Origin: a virus
Taxonomy: Duplodnaviria > Caudoviricetes
Length of the DNA: 34,518 nucleotides
Virus record (IMG/VR): IMGVR_UViG_3300032270_001566
Coordinates: 1 to 34,518 of that record
Direction: 5' to 3' (one strand)
Shown here: in pieces, positions 29,055 through 34,518 of the stretch
Layout: every line of letters begins with the position of its first letter
Position numbering within the stretch: position 1 is the stretch's first letter
Made by a program: the position numbers and the translations under genes
The notes under the pieces: model-generated
What the model was told of the DNA's origin: nothing
Database searches by the model: none
What the model saw: only the letters and a program-made list of their open reading frames with translations

Positions 29055-31286
29055 ATGGGAGTCTATTCTAACTTAACAAACATTAACGATTTATCTGATT
29101 CAAGCTTAAGCTCGAGTATATCGACCTCTAACCAGAATTTTGATAATTTACAGGCAGCCATCCAGGCATTTTTGACAGCGATTTCATTTGATGAAACCAA
29201 TAATAATATTTCGGTTAATCAGATTTCTGCTAATACTATTATTGCCAGTTCTAGCATAAAGGTCGTACAAAACGGCTCAATTAAAATGCAAGTAGATGCA
29301 GATGGCGTCCTAACAACCCAATCTGCTCTTGCTAACCTATTTCAAACACCATTACTTAGACTTCAGGATAATACTGGAAAACTTGGTCTTGCTGGTCTTG
29401 TTGGAGACGTTATCTATGCAAATAGTACAGCTCCAGCAGGAGAGGGTTTCTATGGCTATACTGATGATAATGGTTGGGTGAAACTATCTAGCGGCCAAGC
29501 TGCAAGCGGGCCAGTTGGAACTGCCTTTACTGGAATTGCTAATGCGCAAGGCACAGTAATATTTGGAGCAAGTAATGCAACAGATACCTTAGAATTTGAA
29601 GGACAAGGTGGTACTACAGTAAGTCTAGACGCAGTAAATAAAAGAGTTGTAATTAGTTCAGCAAATGCGAATACTAATTCATTTAGCCAAATTGCAAATG
29701 CATTAGGAAATGTTCAGTTAAGTGCAACTAGCCCATCAAGTATTTTTAGAATTGAGGGTACTGGTGATACTACAGTTTCATTTAATAATGCAACAAATAA
29801 AGTAACAATCAATTCGCCTGTTCAAACTCCAGGTTTTTCTAAAATTGCAAGCGCAAGTGGAGCTATTCAATTTGAAGCTGCATCAATCAATGATACAATT
29901 AGAATTGCTGGCGAAGATGGAGTTAATGTTAATTTTAATCCAACTACCAAACAGGTTTCAATTGCCATTGATGCTGAGGCAATTAATTCAGTTTCTGCAT
30001 TTACTGTAAGTAATAATGGTACAGATATTGCATCAACCGATCCTGCAACAAGCTTAACTAAAATGGAACACCTTGATTTCAAGGAAGGCCCATCTAATTT
30101 AAGTTCATCTATACTTGCAGTTGCTGATCCTTCTAGTGATAAAGTAACAGTTTTTGTAAGACCGATTGCCCCTCCTACGTTTGATGCAGATATTGTTGTA
30201 AGTTTACCATTTGGTAAAAGTGTAGGTCGATATAATAGTGGTGAAACCATTCCCGCAGCGGGTAAAACTGCCGAAGAGGTGTTTAACCTTATTGCACAGG
30301 AACCAATTGCGCCTACCGTGTCTCTAAGTTCTTCTACAAGTGTCCTATTTAATCAAACTGCAATTTCAAATGTTCTAAATTTTTCTAAAACTATTAATAC
30401 GCTTGGTGCAAATGCATCTAGCGCAGTTTTACAATGGAGACGTAATGGTTCAGGCGCATGGACAACCCTCATATCAAATGTTAATGCTTCAACGTATACT
30501 CATACATTAACTGATACTGCATTTAACACTCAGCCATTTAATTATCAATATATTGTAACAGATAGCGCTAGCGCAACTGCGACTGCAACTTGGACAATTA
30601 CGCCACAATCATATCAATCACCAAGTATTACATTTAGTGCGCCAGCTTCAACCCTATCTCTAAGTATTGAGTCAAATCAAGTAAGGGAGCGCGGAAATAC
30701 AAGTTCAATTTTACAAGGATCTGCTTCTAGAAACCGAGTGAATGTTCCAATCAGTGGATATCAATATGCAGTTTCATTTAATAGCGGAGCCTATGCAAAT
30801 ATCGGAACAGCTGGATCACTAGCTGCAGCCGGTGGAAGTTTTACAAATTTTACAGATACGTCAATTACCTCTTCTGCAACTAGTGCAACTTACAGAGTTA
30901 CTGTAACTGATTCTTATACATCAGCTACTGCTTTCTATAACATAACTTACAAATACGTGGTATTCTATGGATCTAGTGCAAGTGCACCTTCAAATTCAGC
31001 TGGAGTAAGAGCTCTTTCAAATAAAAGATTTACAGATGCTGGAAATACATTTATCTTAAATACTGGAGCAACTGATAAAATTTTTACAGTGGCAGTTCCA
31101 GCAACAATGTCCCTAACTCAAGTATTAGATTTAGATGCGCTAAACGCCAATATCACTGCAAACTATGTACTTTCAACATTTAATGTTAATGATGGAGGAG
31201 GTACTCCAGTTGCATATAAAATATACACGTTGAGCAATGCTATTCCTTATAGCTCTGACCACCGTCATCAAATAACTATCGCATAA
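29055..31286 (+). CDS. Tail/fibre protein with three ~52-aa tandem repeats and Ig-like C-terminal domains
   Basis: 743 aa; N-terminal SNQNFDNL motif; repeats F..IA.A.G...F.A....DT....G..G..V.....K.V.I; S/T-rich beta domains. Confidence 0.65.
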   Translation: MGVYSNLTNINDLSDSSLSSSISTSNQNFDNLQAAIQAFLTAISFDETNNNISVNQISANTIIASSSIKVVQNGSIKMQVDADGVLTTQSALANLFQTPLLRLQDNTGKLGLAGLVGDVIYANSTAPAGEGFYGYTDDNGWVKLSSGQAASGPVGTAFTGIANAQGTVIFGASNATDTLEFEGQGGTTVSLDAVNKRVVISSANANTNSFSQIANALGNVQLSATSPSSIFRIEGTGDTTVSFNNATNKVTINSPVQTPGFSKIASASGAIQFEAASINDTIRIAGEDGVNVNFNPTTKQVSIAIDAEAINSVSAFTVSNNGTDIASTDPATSLTKMEHLDFKEGPSNLSSSILAVADPSSDKVTVFVRPIAPPTFDADIVVSLPFGKSVGRYNSGETIPAAGKTAEEVFNLIAQEPIAPTVSLSSSTSVLFNQTAISNVLNFSKTINTLGANASSAVLQWRRNGSGAWTTLISNVNASTYTHTLTDTAFNTQPFNYQYIVTDSASATATATWTITPQSYQSPSITFSAPASTLSLSIESNQVRERGNTSSILQGSASRNRVNVPISGYQYAVSFNSGAYANIGTAGSLAAAGGSFTNFTDTSITSSATSATYRVTVTDSYTSATAFYNITYKYVVFYGSSASAPSNSAGVRALSNKRFTDAGNTFILNTGATDKIFTVAVPATMSLTQVLDLDALNANITANYVLSTFNVNDGGGTPVAYKIYTLSNAIPYSSDHRHQITIA
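29523..29980 (+). repeat. Three tandem ~51-52 aa protein repeats
   Basis: Units start at 29523 (AFTGIANAQG), 29679 (SFSQIANALG) and 29832 (GFSKIASASG). Confidence 0.8.
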
Positions 31287-31288
31287 CC

Positions 31289-32578
31289 ATGAGTTTTACA
31301 CCAGGACTTCAATTACCTTATGGTATTACCCCAGTTAACCCAGTTCCAGTGGATGGTTACTCTGGTCCTTATGCAACCACGACTGAGGCTCTTTCTTCAA
31401 TTCCTCAAGCCATTAGGTTCCCAACCATGATGGTCCGAATTGTTGACAATGATGATAATAAAATGTATTGGTTTAAGGACGGAGTTTTAGATGCCGACCT
31501 TATTGAATTTTCTCCAACCAATGCTAATCTATTAACTTTTGTTGCACACCCTCAAAATACTTCATGGTTAGTTAATGAAGCTGCTGATTTTAATAGTGGC
31601 AATAATACAAATCCAACAATTTATGTTTTTAGAGGAAACATCTATAAATTTAAAGTTGCCTCAAGCATAGGCCATACACTTCAAATCAGAAGCGCAAATG
31701 GTACTGCATATTCAGTTGGAATGCCGACTAGTGGCACTGGATCAAATACTCAAACTAGCGGCGGTTATATCTTATGGACAGTTCCATTCGATGCACCAGA
31801 TGATCTATTTTATGTAGATACTGCAACGTCTAATGTGATGAAAGGTCATATTAGAGTTATTCCAAGTTTAACTGCTCCAATTACACCAAGCGCTCAACAG
31901 GGTAATGCAAATCAAGTTACGTATACTTCAAATACTGGATCCTATTCTCTTGCTGCTAATACTCCAATTGAAAAGGCAATTCACGTTGATTCAACTGTAT
32001 GTATTAGTGTAAATGGAGTTAGGCGACTCCTAACCGATTCGAACACTTCTCCTTTCTTTTTTAGCAGAAACGGTGGAACCACCCAACTCCTATTAAGTCA
32101 AGTTGAAGCCGGCGATTCTCTTTATGTTCGTCCAGCCTATCTTGAACATGGATTAGAAACAACTGATCTTATTCTTCTTGAATATTTCAGTGGAGGTACT
32201 GTTACTTTAACTCAGCCTAGTACAACTCACTATTGGACACTTGGAACATCTCAACAGCCTGCTCAATATAATTTAGTAGGCGGCGGTACCGGACCGGCAT
32301 TTAATAATCAAATGTTATCAGGAATACAATTTAGCAAAACTGCTGGTGATCAAACTGGATCCCCAGCTGGAAATGTTTCAACATATTTGAATTCCCTATC
32401 GATCGGAACACAAATTATTGTAAAGGATATGTCAAACCAAACCAATACAGGTACATTTAGTATAGTTGGAAGACAGTCTAATTATAATGATGTTAGATTA
32501 GACATACAGTACGTTTCGGGCGTTGGTAACTTTAGTGCATCAAATGGCGTGATATGGTCATTCCAATTTATGCAATAA
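31289..32578 (+). CDS. Fibre/decoration protein with cupredoxin-like domain
   Basis: 429 aa. NPTIYVFRGNIYKFKV...GHTLQI...WTVPFDAPDDLFYV...MKGHIRV resembles the cupredoxin-like modules of phage virion proteins. Confidence 0.6.
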   Translation: MSFTPGLQLPYGITPVNPVPVDGYSGPYATTTEALSSIPQAIRFPTMMVRIVDNDDNKMYWFKDGVLDADLIEFSPTNANLLTFVAHPQNTSWLVNEAADFNSGNNTNPTIYVFRGNIYKFKVASSIGHTLQIRSANGTAYSVGMPTSGTGSNTQTSGGYILWTVPFDAPDDLFYVDTATSNVMKGHIRVIPSLTAPITPSAQQGNANQVTYTSNTGSYSLAANTPIEKAIHVDSTVCISVNGVRRLLTDSNTSPFFFSRNGGTTQLLLSQVEAGDSLYVRPAYLEHGLETTDLILLEYFSGGTVTLTQPSTTHYWTLGTSQQPAQYNLVGGGTGPAFNNQMLSGIQFSKTAGDQTGSPAGNVSTYLNSLSIGTQIIVKDMSNQTNTGTFSIVGRQSNYNDVRLDIQYVSGVGNFSASNGVIWSFQFMQ

Positions 32579-32584
32579 CCTACA

Positions 32585-32592
32585 AATAAATA
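32585..32592 (+). promoter_or_regulatory. Putative late promoter (AATAAATA)
   Basis: Intergenic AATAAATAAC, 26 nt before the ATG at 32619. Confidence 0.55.
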
Positions 32593-32618
32593 ACTTAAAT
32601 AAAAAGACTCCATAAACA

Positions 32619-34073
32619 ATGGCACTAATTAAAGGTAAACAAATACAAGACACATCAGTCTCTCTAAGTAAACTTAGTGGCGCTGGAGGTGTTACCTTAC
32701 TTGCTGGTAGTTCAATTACTACACCGGCTGCGTCTTTACTAATCAGTAGTTTACCTACTGCATCAAACCAAGCCGCAAATAAAGAATATGTTGATTCAGT
32801 TGCAACTGGATTAGATGTAAAACAATCAGTAACTGCAATCTATCGTCCAAGCACACCTGCTGCAGGCGGTACCCCAGCAATTTCAGTAGTAAACTCTATT
32901 GGTGGTGTACAAATCGTAGATTCAGATCTATTTACTGCAATTACTGGAGGTTCTCCAATTACTTCATTAATTTTAGATGGTGTTACAATTAACGATGGAG
33001 ACCGCGTACTTATTGCAATTACCGAAGCCGGCCGTCAAAAAGTAAATGGTATTTACGTATATCAAGCAAACCAATTAACTAGATCTACTGATGCAGATAA
33101 CCAAACCGATGGCGGAGAAGTTTCTGGTGGATTATTTACCTTTGTTGAGCAAGGAGATGTTTATGCTGATACTGGATGGGTTTTAAGCTTTCCAAATGGT
33201 GCAATTGCCGAAACTGGTACATCTGGTTTATGGGAACCTACTAATAATCCTACCGGTAATGCTCAAATTGCATTTACTCAATTTTCTGCAGCTGGAGTTG
33301 CTGAAGCTGGAGTAGGTTTAACCAGAGTTGGTACTAAATTTAATGTAAATTATGATGACTCTTCAATTGGAATTGATGGTCTTGATAGATTAGCTGTTAA
33401 AACTGGTGGTATTACTAATGCAATGCTTGCAAATAGCACACATACTTTTGCTGGAGATACTGGTTCAGGCACAGTTGCATTAGGTGGAACCTTAACTATT
33501 GCAGGTGGTACAAATGGTATTGATACTGCATATAGTGCAGGTACACTAACCATTAATTTGGATCTTTCTGAATTGGCAACTGTTACTTCAATTGCAGATG
33601 CAGACTTTATTGCAATCAGTTCAAGTGGAGCAGTAAACCAAAAAATTACATTTGCTAATCTTAAAACTTTAATTGGTGCAGCTAGTCAATTGGGAATTTC
33701 AGTTGAAGGTGGAGTTGCTGCAAGTTTGGATTTAGATACAGATACACTTGATTTTCAATCTGGTGCAGGTTTAACTTTTACTAGAACTAATATCGTAGCA
33801 GGTACAACTGATACTTTAGCTATAACTATTAGCAATAATGCACTAAATGTTCAACAAGCAACCGGATTAACTGTGGCTGCCAATGGTAATACTGATATTA
33901 CATTATCGAGTGCTGCTGCTGAAGTATTTTCTGTTACAATTAATGGAGTTGCTCTAAAGAAAGCCACTAACTGGGTATGGCCACAGGGTAATAACTCAAC
34001 TGTTCGTGTAACTGGATTACCTTATGCAATTGAAACTTCTGATGAAATTGAAATTACTTATAGAGTAAGCTAA
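32619..34073 (+). CDS. Tail fibre-like protein
   Basis: 484 aa. AANKEYVD...GLDVKQSV...LDGVTINDGDRVLI...NGIYV...LTRSTDAD...FTFVEQG...FTQFSAAG...AGVGLT is a well-known phage fibre module. Confidence 0.78.
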   Translation: MALIKGKQIQDTSVSLSKLSGAGGVTLLAGSSITTPAASLLISSLPTASNQAANKEYVDSVATGLDVKQSVTAIYRPSTPAAGGTPAISVVNSIGGVQIVDSDLFTAITGGSPITSLILDGVTINDGDRVLIAITEAGRQKVNGIYVYQANQLTRSTDADNQTDGGEVSGGLFTFVEQGDVYADTGWVLSFPNGAIAETGTSGLWEPTNNPTGNAQIAFTQFSAAGVAEAGVGLTRVGTKFNVNYDDSSIGIDGLDRLAVKTGGITNAMLANSTHTFAGDTGSGTVALGGTLTIAGGTNGIDTAYSAGTLTINLDLSELATVTSIADADFIAISSSGAVNQKITFANLKTLIGAASQLGISVEGGVAASLDLDTDTLDFQSGAGLTFTRTNIVAGTTDTLAITISNNALNVQQATGLTVAANGNTDITLSSAAAEVFSVTINGVALKKATNWVWPQGNNSTVRVTGLPYAIETSDEIEITYRVS

Positions 34074-34093
34074 TTTTACTAATTTTTAATATT

Positions 34094-34128
34094 TAATAAA
34101 AGCCTCCTTAATGGAGGCTTTTTTATTA
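34094..34128 (+). terminator. Rho-independent terminator (possibly bidirectional)
   Basis: AAAAGCCTCC-TTAAT-GGAGGCTTTT followed by further T residues, with an A-tract on the 5' side; lies directly after the fibre gene. Confidence 0.88.
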
Positions 34129-34148
34129 TCCAAAGTCCAAACTTGGAG

Positions 34149-34156
34149 TATAAATA
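34149..34156 (+). promoter_or_regulatory. T4-consensus late promoter TATAAATA
   Basis: Exact T4 late consensus just after the terminator, 26 nt upstream of the ATG at 34183. Confidence 0.7.
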
Positions 34157-34182
34157 TCTATAGAAAAGATACAAACACTTAA

Positions 34183-34518
34183 ATGGCTCAAGTTAAATTA
34201 AAGCAAGTTAATATTAGTGCGCATATGACGTACAACGAAACGTCAGGGGATATTAACCATAATGGCAATTTTTCAGCTGTTACCAAGCAGTTCTTAATTG
34301 ACCATCCAACCAAGCCAGGCTTTAAACTTGCCCATGGTAACTTAGAGGGACCTGAACATGGAATCTATCTTAGAGGAAGGAGTGAAGAAAAACGTATCTT
34401 TTTTCCAGAATACTGGGAGAGCCTAGCAAATAAGGACTCAATAACAGTTACAATTACACCATTCGGTAAATCTCAATCGCTTTGGGTCAAAAACATTACC
34501 GATACTTATTTTGAAGTA
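34183..34518 (+). CDS. Fibre-associated small protein, runs off the right edge of the window
   Basis: Manual translation: MAQVKLKQVNISAHM...SAVTKQFLIDHPTKPGFKLAHGNLEGPEHGIYLRG...FPEYWESLANKDSITVTITPFG... The K.F.IDHP...L.H..LEGPE.G.Y.RG motif usually caps phage fibre proteins. Confidence 0.75.
   Translation, partial: MAQVKLKQVNISAHMTYNETSGDINHNGNFSAVTKQFLIDHPTKPGFKLAHGNLEGPEHGIYLRGRSEEKRIFFPEYWESLANKDSITVTITPFGKSQSLWVKNITDTYFEV

Noticed and set aside
4553-33553. Short ORFs in the track overlapping long genes (e.g. 4553-4750, 4646-4837, 7817-8044, 8474-8905, 9162-9347, 16702-16887, 17660-17920, 19640-19843, 20756-21046, 22426-22977, 23588-23779, 24853-25086, 25783-25986, 26136-26408, 29867-30250, 33350-33553)
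   Set aside because: They lie within or almost wholly within long coherent CDSs, mostly antisense, and have no recognisable motifs; they are shadow ORFs.
1-34518. CRISPR array, tRNA, rRNA, DGR template/variable repeats, transposase or integrase
   Set aside because: No regularly spaced nucleotide repeats, cloverleaf, adenine-variant repeat pair, RT or recombinase motifs were seen by eye; intergenic space is minimal.

Overview
AT-rich window from a large T4-like (myovirus/jumbo-type) dsDNA phage genome. A Bacteroidota host is inferred from the lack of Shine-Dalgarno sites, the A-rich starts and a Bacteroidetes-type exonuclease. The left end holds a partial PolB-like 3'-5' exonuclease (minus strand), a palindrome-rich divergent intergenic region, a RuvC-like resolvase and a gp55-like late sigma factor. 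The remaining ~32 kb is a tightly packed late virion-structural module (baseplate-, neck- and fibre-like proteins) with T4-type late promoter motifs (NATAAATA), one reverse-strand gene and a terminator near the right end. Most notable: a virion-cluster protein ending in a non-splicing Hint (intein-like) domain; a thrombospondin-1/FN3/Ig/ASH adhesin-like protein whose last beta-strand appears to be encoded by the next gene; an apparently catalytically dead amidoligase next to an enlarged gp14-like neck protein; and late promoters enclosed by short inverted repeats. All family assignments come from motif recognition by eye, not from database searches.
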